From Rubripirellula sp. (GTDB lineage: Bacteria > Planctomycetota > Planctomycetia > Pirellulales > Pirellulaceae), in NCBI GenBank assembly GCA_965216875.1, contig OZ244207.1:4800001-4864000 (forward strand): DNA of 64,000 nucleotides. The letters run 5' to 3'. Both the position numbers and the translations under genes were made by a program. This document shows, piece by piece, positions 20,410 to 31,100 of the stretch (position 1 is the first letter of the stretch; every line of letters begins with the position of its first letter). The notes beneath the pieces are model-generated. The model saw only the letters and a program-made list of their open reading frames with translations. It did no database searches and was not told the origin of the DNA.

Positions 20410-21984
20410 CTAGCGACCCACTGGAGGCAAATGGTCAACCATCGCCGCATCCGTTCGACGCAATTCGTCAATCGTTGCCGCTCGCATTTTGGTCAAACGT
20501 CTCCGATGATTCGGGTCGAGTGCCAAGTTGTTCAGCTCGTCGGGGTCGCTGTCGAAGTGGTAAAGCTCTTCGACTTCCCCCGGAACAAGATTGCGAATGT
20601 ACTTGTACTCTTCGTCGGCAAGCATGACGTACCAGGGCACGCCTGGCCCGTGAAAGAGTCGCGGATCATCGATCCCCGGAACAACGGCGGTGTCGGAACC
20701 ATATTGTGCAGCGGTGTGCACCAGCATCGCGGGATGTTTCCAACGAGCGGGCTCTTCGGCCAACAACGGGCTCAAGTCGTGCCCGTGCATTTTCCAGGGC
20801 AAATCGATCCCCGCTTGGGCGAAAAAGGTCGGAACCAAATCCGCGCCACTGACGGGCTGATCGACCACACGGCCGGCACACCGATCGGCATCGCGCGCCG
20901 GCAGCCGAATGATCAACGGTGCCCGAACCGTTGCGTCATAAGGAGCAACCTTGGACTTGAAACCATGCTGTCCCCACGCAAAGCCCTGGTCCGACGTGTA
21001 GACAATCAAAGTCTCTTCGTCTTGACCTGACTGCTGCAACGCACGCATCAGACGGCCGACGTTTTCGTCAATGGCCAGCACGCCTTCGTGATACTGGTGA
21101 ACCCAGTCGGCGAGTGGACGCCCCGGCACATCCTTCATACCGACGGGACTTTGTTCGCGTACCTTGCGTTCCACCGGTTGGCCCGACTTTCCAGGCTCCC
21201 AAAACTCCATTTCACGAATGTACTTTGGCTTGCCAGGGCGCGGCGGGTACACATCCTTGGGAACGGGTACGGGTTTCGAGGCGTATTGGCCACGATGCCG
21301 ATCGGCCGGCGTGAACGGTCCATGAACGGCTCCATAACAAAGCCACAAGTACCACGGTTTGTTTGCGTCGCGTCCTTCGCCGTTGATGTAGTCGATCGCC
21401 CAGTCGGTGTACTTGTCGGTCGTGTACCCCTGAACGCGTTTAGGATCGCCGCCATTTTTGACAATGATCTGATCGTCGTAGTAGTTCGGAGCGTTCTCCA
21501 CAAACCGCGGACGGTTCCAAATGATTTGATGATCCCAATCTCGGCCGTACCCATCATCAACACCCGTGTGCCATTTGCCGATGTGTGCGGTTGCGTATCC
21601 CTCGCGGCGAAAAACGCTGGGCCAGAACGGGCACTTTTGCGGATCATACAAACTGCCTGGATACTTGCCTTCCATCCGCATCGACTCGACACCATGCTGA
21701 TGATGCCCAGTCAACAGCGTTGCACGCGAGGGCATGCACCACGAGCCGATATAGGCTCGCTTGAATCGAACACCTTGCTTTGCAAGTGCATCGATGTTTG
21801 GTGTTTGGACCCAATCGAACGATTCGGGATAGCAGCCGACCGTGCGATGAGATTGGTCGTCCGTGTAGATCAAGAGAATGTTCGGTCGTGATCGACCCGA
21901 TTCGTTGGTGTCCGCGCGGGCAACAGCAGCAAAGATGCCGCTGCCTAACAACGCGACCAGGACGCAAACCAAGCGTGCAGACAC
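20410..21984 (-). CDS. Sulfatase (Cys-type, FGly-dependent)
   Basis: Signal peptide; RPNILLIYTDDQ, CMPSRATLLTG, GKWH. Confidence 0.92.
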   Translation of the reverse strand: MSARLVCVLVALLGSGIFAAVARADTNESGRSRPNILLIYTDDQSHRTVGCYPESFDWVQTPNIDALAKQGVRFKRAYIGSWCMPSRATLLTGHHQHGVESMRMEGKYPGSLYDPQKCPFWPSVFRREGYATAHIGKWHTGVDDGYGRDWDHQIIWNRPRFVENAPNYYDDQIIVKNGGDPKRVQGYTTDKYTDWAIDYINGEGRDANKPWYLWLCYGAVHGPFTPADRHRGQYASKPVPVPKDVYPPRPGKPKYIREMEFWEPGKSGQPVERKVREQSPVGMKDVPGRPLADWVHQYHEGVLAIDENVGRLMRALQQSGQDEETLIVYTSDQGFAWGQHGFKSKVAPYDATVRAPLIIRLPARDADRCAGRVVDQPVSGADLVPTFFAQAGIDLPWKMHGHDLSPLLAEEPARWKHPAMLVHTAAQYGSDTAVVPGIDDPRLFHGPGVPWYVMLADEEYKYIRNLVPGEVEELYHFDSDPDELNNLALDPNHRRRLTKMRAATIDELRRTDAAMVDHLPPVGR

Positions 21985-22089
21985 TGTTGACCTTCCAAAA
22001 TGGTGGAATGAGGATTCCGGGGTGGGGTCAACAGTGTAAACGATGCAATGTGCCGCGTGCCGATCAGCGAGCCAATCCCGCGTGAACGA

Positions 22090-23637
22090 CTAGGCGTCGA
22101 CTCCGATCAAATCACATGCCTCGCGGTATCCGGGCGCGGGCGTCCCGTATTCGCTTGCCGAAACACGAGCCAACGCGATCAACTGTCGCCATTGATAGTT
22201 TTCACGAGTGTTGGCGAATTCTTCGGTCGCCGTGCGGAAATACTTTTCAGCATGTAGCGCGCCGTCTTCGCTGGTCGCAAACCTCAGCAACACGTCAAAC
22301 GCTTCGCGTGGCCGCCCACCAGCATCGCCGAATTGTGCGATCGCAGCAGCCGCACGGGCTTGATTGCGATCACGCACCGCCTCATCGGCAGCACGTAAGA
22401 GGGTCGAATGATCTTGAACCGAGCGCAGGTCGTCTTGCCCATAATCCCAGGGCTCGCGGCGCACGCGCGGACTTTGCCCGGCCGAGTGATAGGCTCCTAG
22501 CAAGACGCTGACGATCGCATTTCGCTGATCGCTCACCCGAGCGATGTTGCGCCACGCGTTCGCTGCATCGCAGGCATGAACGCCAACCGACGCACCGTGA
22601 ACGCTGCCTTTGACCTTGTCACCATCTCCATCTTTTGATCGACCCGGATCATGCAAAAGCAATCGGTTTGCGGCGATGGATGTCGCTTCGCCAATCTGGT
22701 CCGGTGAATAGCCATCGGCCAGTGCTTGTGCGGCAGCCTCGGCGGCCTGAGCACGATTGCTCTGGAAAATCGTCCAAGACAGGTCTTCGACCCAAGCGTC
22801 GTCACCTTTGCGAGTTCCCGGTGCCTTCCCGGCCAATCCATGTTGATCCAAGAGTTTTGGAATCAACTTCCAAACCTCGGGGTCGGGGCGGCCTTTGCGA
22901 ATACGCGTCTGCGATGAATCAAGACAGAAACGAACCGACTGGCGAAGCAACGTATTGGCATGCTGTTCACCCACAAGATCAATCGCGACCCATGCGCGCC
23001 AGGCCAACACGACGCGATGCACATTGGTCTCGTCCTGGACCGGGTATTGAACATGGTTGAACTGATTGCCAGGTGCGTTTCCAGCAATCGATGCCATGAT
23101 CGCTTCGGCCGACTTGGTATCGGCGCGACGTGTTGACTGTTGAAGCTCGATTCCCACATGCTTCACGCCATCATGCTTGGCTTGATCCTGTCGCAATAAG
23201 CGTTCACGACTCGAACCGCCGAATTGATGAATCCGATCTGTGTTGCGATACAGCACCTTCAACACCGGAAGCACTCGTCGCTCCGTCGGCAGCTCACGCG
23301 ACATCTCGAGCGACGGAGTGAGCGCCATGAAGGTGTGGTAACCGATGTAGTCATGACCGCCGAACGTTCTTGCATTTGCAAGGCATCCCGCCGCAACGAG
23401 CGTCTCGAGGTCAGTGCCTTGATTGATCTTCTTCAACAACAACGGCTGAAGCTTTGAAAGCGGCGTGTCCTGCATCATCGCGACCAGCGGTTCCATGTCG
23501 CCAAACGTCAAACGCTGTGGCTCTTCGGACGCCAGTGCCGTGTTGATTCCCAGATCACTTGCCAGCGATGTCCCCAACGTTCCAACCAGCATGCCCGTGC
23601 CAACGTTGGACAAGAATTCGCGACGATTGCGTTGCAT
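22090..23637 (-). CDS. Tat-exported hypothetical protein, alpha-helical with repeated His motifs
   Basis: NRREFL twin-arginine signal; 515-aa ORF with SD-like GGGAG; no family recognised. Confidence 0.75.
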   Translation of the reverse strand: MQRNRREFLSNVGTGMLVGTLGTSLASDLGINTALASEEPQRLTFGDMEPLVAMMQDTPLSKLQPLLLKKINQGTDLETLVAAGCLANARTFGGHDYIGYHTFMALTPSLEMSRELPTERRVLPVLKVLYRNTDRIHQFGGSSRERLLRQDQAKHDGVKHVGIELQQSTRRADTKSAEAIMASIAGNAPGNQFNHVQYPVQDETNVHRVVLAWRAWVAIDLVGEQHANTLLRQSVRFCLDSSQTRIRKGRPDPEVWKLIPKLLDQHGLAGKAPGTRKGDDAWVEDLSWTIFQSNRAQAAEAAAQALADGYSPDQIGEATSIAANRLLLHDPGRSKDGDGDKVKGSVHGASVGVHACDAANAWRNIARVSDQRNAIVSVLLGAYHSAGQSPRVRREPWDYGQDDLRSVQDHSTLLRAADEAVRDRNQARAAAAIAQFGDAGGRPREAFDVLLRFATSEDGALHAEKYFRTATEEFANTRENYQWRQLIALARVSASEYGTPAPGYREACDLIGVDA

Positions 23638-23670
23638 CGTTCTGACTCCCGAGATGAAGCGGTAAGAATG

Positions 23671-23701
23671 GATCTAACTTCCCGAACGCCCCGCCGTTAC
23701 A
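23671..23701 (-). promoter_or_regulatory. Candidate ECF-dependent promoter motif
   Basis: TGTAACG-N6-CGTTC-N2-GAAG, matching the motif at 26451-26480. Confidence 0.45.
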
Positions 23702-23797
23702 CCGCCCGATAACGCCTCCTCACACGGCCCGGCCAACCACGCATTCTAAGGCTTGATACGGACCAAACTCAAAGATTTTGGCCGTTCTCGAATTGCC

Positions 23798-24478
23798 TCA
23801 ATCAACCAAATCGCCCAGTTGCTGCCGCAAACGCTTGAGCACCCTCGATTTTGCGACCCGAACGGTCCCCGGACGCATCCCCAGCGATTCGGCGACTTCG
23901 GATGCCGACTTTCCTTCGATCGCAACGCCCCAGAAGGCTTCCCAGGTTTGTGGCTTGAATTCTTCGCGGATCATCTCAATGGCGCGGCGATACAGTTCAT
24001 GTTCGGCACGCAAATCGTCTTCATCATGAATCAACTCATCATCACAGTCCTCAGCTTGACCGAGCCGAAGCTGAGCCTCTGTCCCACCCGCCGCGGCAGG
24101 TTGGCGACCGAGGCGGCGAAAGTGATCCGTGATTTTGTTGCGAGTGATCGTTCGCAACCAACCTCGAAACGTGTCACTGGGGCGGTCTTTGTGAAACGAT
24201 TCGATGCTGCCAATCACCGATCGAAAGACCTCTTGGTTGATGTCCGCGCAATCTTGACTGGCCAAACCCGCCTTCTGGCACCAATAGAAGATCAGGGGCG
24301 AATAGAGGTGCACGAGATCTTTCCAAGCCGGAGTCTCGTTGCGTTTGAGTCGTTCAATCAAACTAAGCGATGTTGCTCCGGCCGATGCACCCGCTGATGC
24401 GCTTGCGGCACCGCCAGATGCACTGGTGCACTCTGAAGCATTGGCGGGCGACGATTCGTTTTCACCACTCTGCTTCAT
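23798..24478 (-). CDS. ECF RNA polymerase sigma factor
   Basis: TSLSL..., DINQEVF, FRGWLRTITRNKITDHFR, region 4 HTH; ATGA overlap with the kinase. Confidence 0.92.
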   Translation of the reverse strand: MKQSGENESSPANASECTSASGGAASASAGASAGATSLSLIERLKRNETPAWKDLVHLYSPLIFYWCQKAGLASQDCADINQEVFRSVIGSIESFHKDRPSDTFRGWLRTITRNKITDHFRRLGRQPAAAGGTEAQLRLGQAEDCDDELIHDEDDLRAEHELYRRAIEMIREEFKPQTWEAFWGVAIEGKSASEVAESLGMRPGTVRVAKSRVLKRLRQQLGDLVD

Positions 24479-26409
24479 GGGCGCGCTGCCCCATCGAATG
24501 GACGTCCTGAATTGCGATCACCTCGATAGGCAAACAACAATCCAAACGCCGTCATCACCCCCGCGATCACCATGACCAAGATCGACGCGCCACGAAATCC
24601 ACTTCGCGTACGTGCAATGTCTCGATCGAGTGGCCGAGTCAGACGCAAGACGCCTGCCAAGTCTCCGGTCTTCCAATCGGTCTTGGGCGTCTGCTCATGG
24701 GTGTTGTGACACTGGATGCAACTCTGTTTCATCAGTTGGCCACGCGCATACTTTAGGTACGAACGATCACCGATCGTCACGAACTCAAAGTGTTCCAGCG
24801 CCGCCTCACTCTCTTGCCCCAACTGGCGACTTCGTCGAATCACTTCGTCGAACTCGTCGAGCGTTTCATGCTCGAACCGTTCATCCGGTCGCAGCTCTTC
24901 ACGAAACGAATAAGGACTGAAGATACGAACCTTCACCCCCGTTTCGCGGCGGCTGATCCGTTCGGCCACCTCGATTTGCAGCGTCGCGGGCAACGGCGGC
25001 GGCACTTTCCCAGTATCCTCGCCATGCCCAAAGAACTGTCCTCGCGCATCGCTGTACGAAGCGTTGAACTCCTCAAGCATGTCACAGTAAAGCCGCGCGT
25101 TGTCGAGCGCCATCTCCTGGACGAACCACGTGTTGAGCGATTTGAGGTAGGCGAAACCCGCCATCGATCCGACCAACACACCGATGAACATCGCTGCTGC
25201 GAACGGGTATCGCCGGCACCAACGCCACAGTCGCTCGCGATAACCGATCGGTCGGGCAAGGATGGGAGTCCCCGCCAGAAAACGTCGCAAGTCCTCGGCC
25301 ATCGCGCGAGCCGATTCGTAGCGCCGTGCGGGTGACTTGGACATCGCCTTTTGACAGATCACTTCCAAGTCTCTTGGTATGGAATCATCCAATTGCCGCG
25401 GCGGACGAGGCTCGTCTTCCAAAACCTGAAGCAACAACAGCCGTTTCGTTCCCTGGAAAGGACGTTGCCCGGTCAGCATCTCGTACAGGATCACGCCAAG
25501 ACTGTAGACGTCGCTTCGCGCGTCGGCATGATGGGCAGCACCACTAGCGTGCTCGGGAGACATGTAGGCGGGCGTGCCCATGATCCGCCCGTCGGAGGTC
25601 ATCGACGCGTCGACGGCATCCCGTTTGGCCAAACCAAAATCGGTGATGTGCGGATGCCCGTCGGCGTCGATCAAGACGTTCGAAGGCTTCACGTCTCGAT
25701 GCACCACGCCATGTTCGTGAGCGTATTGCAGCGCGTCGGCAATCTCGGCAATCAGACCGGCCGCTCTCTGGTGCCCCGATCGTCCCGCTTGCAGTCGAGC
25801 CTCAAGCGTTTCACCTTCAACGAATTCAGTGACGAGAAAACAGACTCCATCTTCGGTCTGCCCGGTGTCATGAAGTGAAACGATCGACGGATGCGAAAGG
25901 GGCGCCGCACTCCTTGCTTCACGCAGAAACCGCTGCGCCTCTTCTTCGGTCGCAACGCTGCCGGCGCGTTGAATCTTGACGGCGACAATGCGATCAAGTT
26001 CAGTATCTTTGGCGCGAAACACGTGACCAAAGGAACCAACGCCGATCTCCTCGACCAGTTCAAAACGTCCGAGCCGACATGTTCCCTCGCGCAAAAGACG
26101 CGAATAGTAACGTCCCGCATCAAAGGGAACGTCGACCGAAGAACCGTCATCCAAAGTACGGATGATCGCGTCGGCACTTTTCTTGACGACTTCTTGGGGA
26201 ACGCCGCTTTGACCGTTGCTCGCGACTTCGGAAAGACTGCGAAGTCCCGAAACCAAATCGTCGCCACCGCCTGACTCGAGGGCCTCGAGTGAGGCTTCGC
26301 ACCGCTGACATTGATCGACGTGTGTCGCCACACGTTCAAACTCAGTCGAAGACAAACTTCCAACCGCAAAAGCGGCGAGCTGTTCGGAATCGGGGCAGGG
26401 GTCTTTCAT
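24475..26409 (-). CDS. Membrane Ser/Thr protein kinase with N-terminal HxxxCxxC and an extracytoplasmic CxxCH (DUF3365/Tll0287-like) domain
   Basis: GVGSFG, VAVK, HRDVKPSN, DFG, GTPAYMSPE; TM; CIQCH...WKTGDLAGVL; second TM. Start ATG 26409 or GTG 26454. Confidence 0.88.
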   Translation of the reverse strand: MKDPCPDSEQLAAFAVGSLSSTEFERVATHVDQCQRCEASLEALESGGGDDLVSGLRSLSEVASNGQSGVPQEVVKKSADAIIRTLDDGSSVDVPFDAGRYYSRLLREGTCRLGRFELVEEIGVGSFGHVFRAKDTELDRIVAVKIQRAGSVATEEEAQRFLREARSAAPLSHPSIVSLHDTGQTEDGVCFLVTEFVEGETLEARLQAGRSGHQRAAGLIAEIADALQYAHEHGVVHRDVKPSNVLIDADGHPHITDFGLAKRDAVDASMTSDGRIMGTPAYMSPEHASGAAHHADARSDVYSLGVILYEMLTGQRPFQGTKRLLLLQVLEDEPRPPRQLDDSIPRDLEVICQKAMSKSPARRYESARAMAEDLRRFLAGTPILARPIGYRERLWRWCRRYPFAAAMFIGVLVGSMAGFAYLKSLNTWFVQEMALDNARLYCDMLEEFNASYSDARGQFFGHGEDTGKVPPPLPATLQIEVAERISRRETGVKVRIFSPYSFREELRPDERFEHETLDEFDEVIRRSRQLGQESEAALEHFEFVTIGDRSYLKYARGQLMKQSCIQCHNTHEQTPKTDWKTGDLAGVLRLTRPLDRDIARTRSGFRGASILVMVIAGVMTAFGLLFAYRGDRNSGRPFDGAARP

Positions 26410-26450
26410 CGGATCACTTTGATGGCTCTCGCCGTCAACAAAACGCAACG

Positions 26451-26480
26451 ACACGCTTCACAGAACGTCATTGCGTTACA
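26451..26480 (-). promoter_or_regulatory. Candidate ECF-dependent promoter motif
   Basis: TGTAACG-N6-CGTTC-N3-GAAG upstream of the kinase-sigma operon. Confidence 0.45.
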
Positions 26481-26500
26481 TCCTTTCGCGATTCACATCG

Positions 26501-28072
26501 TTACCATTTTTCCATCCACACAAGGTTGCTCCACCAACCCGTGTCGTTTGACTGCGGTTTGCCGGGGGTGCTTCGGCCATTGCGGATGATGCCGCTAATC
26601 GATTCGACAAGTCGCTTTTCGATCTTCGGATGCGACGACAAGACGTTGCGTTTTTCGCTTGGATCCTCGGCAAGGTTGTACAACTCGCGTTTCTGCTTGC
26701 CACCCTCCATCACCAGTTTCCAATCACCATCACGAATCGCAAACCCGCCGCCAGAACTGTGATGAATCATCGGCGGCCGAGTGGAATCGACCGAACGCGT
26801 CGATTGCGACAACGCATCGTAAAAACTGTGGCTGTCTTCGCCTGCGTGATCAGGCAATTCAACGTCAAGCATTTCGGCAAGTGTCGCGAGCAAGTCCGTT
26901 TGGCAAACAGGTGATTCGTGAGTGGTGCCGCCGCGGACATGGTTCGGCCAGCGGACAAAGAAGGGCACGCGATGGCCGCCTTCGTAGATCGAACGTTTGC
27001 CCTCGCGATAGATTCCATTGCTGTGGTGCCCGAATTTGGGAATCCGTTTCTTCCATGTCGTCTCAGGTCCGTTGTCACTCGAAAAGACGATCATCGTGTC
27101 GTCGGCCAAATCCAGATCATCGAGAACCTTCAAGATCCGCCCGACATGCCAATCGGTTTCGAGTATGAAATCGCCGTAGGCACCGGCATCACTCTTGCCG
27201 CGAAATCTCTCGATTGGAATCACCGGCTTATGTGGTGAAGTGTAGGGGAGGTACAAAAAGAAAGGCTTCCCCGATTTTGCATCGTCCGCCTTGCCTTTGA
27301 TCCAACCGATCGCTTGGTCGGTGAAACGCGTCAAACACTCCGAATCAACAAAGTCGGGAGCCACTTCGAGTTGGCCACGCACCACCCCAAGCTCGTTGGT
27401 CGTCCCTGGCTTGTTAAGTTTCGTGTCATAAGGTGGCTTGATGCGGTAGTCATCAATGGCAATCCCGTTGGGCTTCTTTTGCGTGTACTGCGTCGGTGGC
27501 ACTTTTGCGTAGCGCCCTTCGAACCACGCCAAAACACCGTAATTCATTGACGCGGGAATGCCCCAAAAGTAGTCGAAGCCTTTATCCAGCGGCATGTCAC
27601 GGACCGGCTGGCTCCAATCACGATCCTTTCGGTCTCCGGGAAAGCCCATTCCCAAATGCCACTTGCCCACCATCGCGGTGTGATAACCGTTGTCCCTAAG
27701 AAGTGACGCCAACGTCATACGACCGTCGGCGATCAAGCAAGCTTTCTCCGCACCGTAGACACCGCGTTTCAGAGTCGTCCGCCAACTGTAGCGTCCCGTC
27801 AGCAGGCCATATCGCGACGGGGTACAGACCGTATCGCTGCAATGGGCGTCGGTGAACGTCATCCCCTCGGCGGCCAAACGATCGAGTGCCGGTGTCTTGA
27901 ATTTCGAATTTGGGTTCAGACAACTGGCATCGCCGTAACCTTGATCGTCGGTATAGATCACGATCACATTCGGCTTTTCCGCTGCCTCCAAAGCACCGGC
28001 GGTGACCAGGACACCATGGAGCATGGTCAATAAGATGGCTGCTCGACTTAATCGGAGCTGTTGGCGGCACAT
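26501..28072 (-). CDS. Arylsulfatase (Cys-type)
   Basis: KPNVIVIYTDDQGYGD, CTPSRYGLLTG, GKWHLG, YEGGHRVP. Start uncertain. Confidence 0.93.
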   Translation of the reverse strand: MCRQQLRLSRAAILLTMLHGVLVTAGALEAAEKPNVIVIYTDDQGYGDASCLNPNSKFKTPALDRLAAEGMTFTDAHCSDTVCTPSRYGLLTGRYSWRTTLKRGVYGAEKACLIADGRMTLASLLRDNGYHTAMVGKWHLGMGFPGDRKDRDWSQPVRDMPLDKGFDYFWGIPASMNYGVLAWFEGRYAKVPPTQYTQKKPNGIAIDDYRIKPPYDTKLNKPGTTNELGVVRGQLEVAPDFVDSECLTRFTDQAIGWIKGKADDAKSGKPFFLYLPYTSPHKPVIPIERFRGKSDAGAYGDFILETDWHVGRILKVLDDLDLADDTMIVFSSDNGPETTWKKRIPKFGHHSNGIYREGKRSIYEGGHRVPFFVRWPNHVRGGTTHESPVCQTDLLATLAEMLDVELPDHAGEDSHSFYDALSQSTRSVDSTRPPMIHHSSGGGFAIRDGDWKLVMEGGKQKRELYNLAEDPSEKRNVLSSHPKIEKRLVESISGIIRNGRSTPGKPQSNDTGWWSNLVWMEKW

Positions 28073-28193
28073 TGTTGAATCCAACCTTGAGTCAATGATC
28101 AATCACACGCACCATCCGTCCAGAGGTTCAATCCGTTCGCATGGTCCGAAGACACCGATTCTATTCGAAACCGATCGGCGAGTTTGCACGTCA

Positions 28194-31100
28194 TCAGGGC
28201 GACGCCAAGGACCATGGAACGCCATCGAGCGACTCGTGAAAAACCACACACTGCGGCAACATCGCTTGAAGCTTTTCGGCCCCCGCAGCCGTGATTGCGG
28301 TGTCACCAATGTGCAAAGTTCGCAGGCTCTTCAAATTCCCAAGTTCGGCAACCGCACCATCATCGATGCTGGTTCCGTCAAGTTGCAGGTAGCGAAGTTG
28401 AGTGAGATTCGCAAGTTTTGCCGCGCATTTGTTGGTCACACCGTCGCAAGCACTTAGCACTAGGGTACGCAGACCGCGACTTTTACTTAAGTGCTCAACC
28501 GCATCATCGGTGATCGCGTTTTGAGCCAGATCGAGAAACCAAAGGCTTTGCATCTCGCTGAGAAACTCCAGCATTGCGTCATTTAGCCCGGGACATTGCT
28601 TCAGCGCGAGTGATTCAAGCTGATTCGCGTTCGCTATCTCAGCGATCTCGTCCTGACCCCGAATCATTGAATAGGACAGAGTCAAACTTCGGAGCGTTGG
28701 CAGATGGCGTAAAACACGGAGCTCCGCTTTGGGATCTGCCATCTTGAACCAAGTCAATGATTCAAGCGCATGCACGTCTTCGAGGGCCTCCGCCCCTTTG
28801 ATTTTTGCCAAGCCACCGTCTAAGGAGATGCTCTTCACTGCAAACGCTGAATCTGGCTTTGCCACAATGTTTGCCAACTCACTGTGGGAACCAACCACGC
28901 CGTCGTACTTCAGCGTCCACTCGACGGCCCTTACTTCGCCCGCATCGGGTGCGAGCGTATCGTAGATGACAACACAATTGGGCAGAGCTTTTTGCAGCTG
29001 GAGCAATGCTGGCACTTCACCTTCGTGTTCCGTCAAACAGGAGATTTGCAGCATGCGCAATGACGTGAGTTTGCTGAGCTGTGCGACCAGCTTGTCGTCA
29101 ATTTGTTTTGACCATGCAAGGTGCAGAGAGATGAGCGAAGGGTATTCTTGCAATCGCGCGAGGTCGGACGCTTCGATCAACCCTCGTCCCCCAATCGTCA
29201 ACGAACGGAGATGCGGCAACTCAGCGAGGCGATCAAGCCCCTCGCCGGTGATCCCCGTGTTGTACAGGTTAAGCTTGCGAAGTTCTTTTAGCTTTGCGAT
29301 GTCGATGCAAGCTTGATCATAAAGCCCCGGATTGGAGTAAAACGTTGCATCACGCAGCTCTTTAAGTTCGGCCAGAGCAGCGGCGTTCTTGCCCGACAGG
29401 CTACCAGAAGAAACTTGCAACTCTCGCACCGTCGTCATTCCCGAAAGGACTTCAAACGGGATAGGGGTGCCTCTGCAAACAAAGCGATCAAGCGAAGGGA
29501 TTTCGGCGAGGGCGTTCCACTCCTTTTCGGAGAGGGTCGCCGATGCAATCGTAATCTGCGTGATCGCCGTTCGCCGACCGCTTTCCACGTTAAGTCCACC
29601 ACTGAAGCCTTCGACGGTGCCCAGTTGCACACCGCCGCTATTCCGGACGATTATCTCGGAGACATACCGATGCGGGTCATCCGCTACCGTCGCGACCGGG
29701 GCCTCAAGAGGCTCCAGTGTCACCTTGATCGTCTGCTTGCTTCCAGTTTCAAAAGTGAACTCCTTGGTAAAGGTCTTGAACCCTGCGATGGCAACCTCCA
29801 ACTCGTGCCGCTTTGCATCTGGCGAAATCTCCAGGGTCTGTTCACCAACTCCATCTTTGATCGTGACTTTGTGTTTTCCATCAACAGAAACGATGGCCCC
29901 CTTCAACTCGGGCTGGTCGGTCACGATCACTATCGTGCCTGCAGCCGTTTGAATCCTCATCAAATCAGTCAAACCGAACATCGCGGCGCCTCCGGCGAGG
30001 AGTGCAATCAACCACACGATGGTTGCTCGGCGCCAAAACCAAGTCCTTTGATTCGGTGTGCCACCATTGATCGTGGCCGCGGCTGTCTCAGCCAGCGGAG
30101 GAGTTGCCGATGCTTGGGTTGGAGCCGCCTGCTGTGCGAGGACATCGGTCACGGGAGACTCGCTATGAATGATCGTCTCGAAATCTTGGTCGACCGGAAA
30201 CGTTCCCGGCTCTGTCATCGAAGTCGATCCCGCGTTCACACCAATTTCTTCCAACTCGGTCAAGACTTCAGTCATGGTTTGCTGCCTGGCGTTAGGGTCT
30301 TTGGCCACCATCTTTTGAAAGACGGCATCAACTTGAGCGGACACGTCCTCCCGACTCGCTGCGAGCGACGGAATCGGATGATCTCGGTGAGCGAGAATCT
30401 GCTGAACCAGCGTCGTGGCGCTGTAAATCGGTTTACCGGTGAGTAGAAAGTAAAACAGGCAACCCAAACTGTAGACATCGCTTCTTGCGTCCGCCGCCCG
30501 ACTATCGTTGGCTTGCTCGGGCGGCATGAATTCAACCGTCCCCATTAGCATGCCCGACCGCGTCAACCCTTCTACTGATGCCTCCTCTTCACCAACGCCT
30601 ACTCGAGCCAATCCAAGATCGAGAATCTTGACGATGCATTTTTTGTCAAGCAAGACATTGGCTGGCTTGATATCTCGGTGGATCACTCCTTCGCCATGAG
30701 CGTAGGCAAGTCCATGCGCGACCTGCCAAACAATGCAGAGCGTTTGATCGACCGACAACGGCCCGTAATGGTTGATAAGTTTGGACAGATCGATTCCGTC
30801 GATACACTCCATGACGAAAAAGAACTGCCCATCTTCCTCGCCCGCATCATACGCCGTCACGATGTTCGGATGATCAAGCTTGGCAACCGCGCGTACTTCG
30901 CGGCGAAAGCGTTGGACCGTGGGCTGGTCCTTGGCGACCGCAGCCGGCAACGTCTTCAATGCAACACGGCGCCCCATGTGACGATGCTCGGCCAAGTAAA
31001 CTTGCCCCATCCCGCCAGCACCAATTGCACCCAGGATCAGATAGTCGCAAATCAGTAGCTCGCTCGAGTTGCCCTGGCTGATCAATTGCGCTTGATATTC

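Noticed and set aside
29313..30446. 377-aa plus-strand ORF
   Set aside because: Antisense to the LRR kinase; no recognisable domain.
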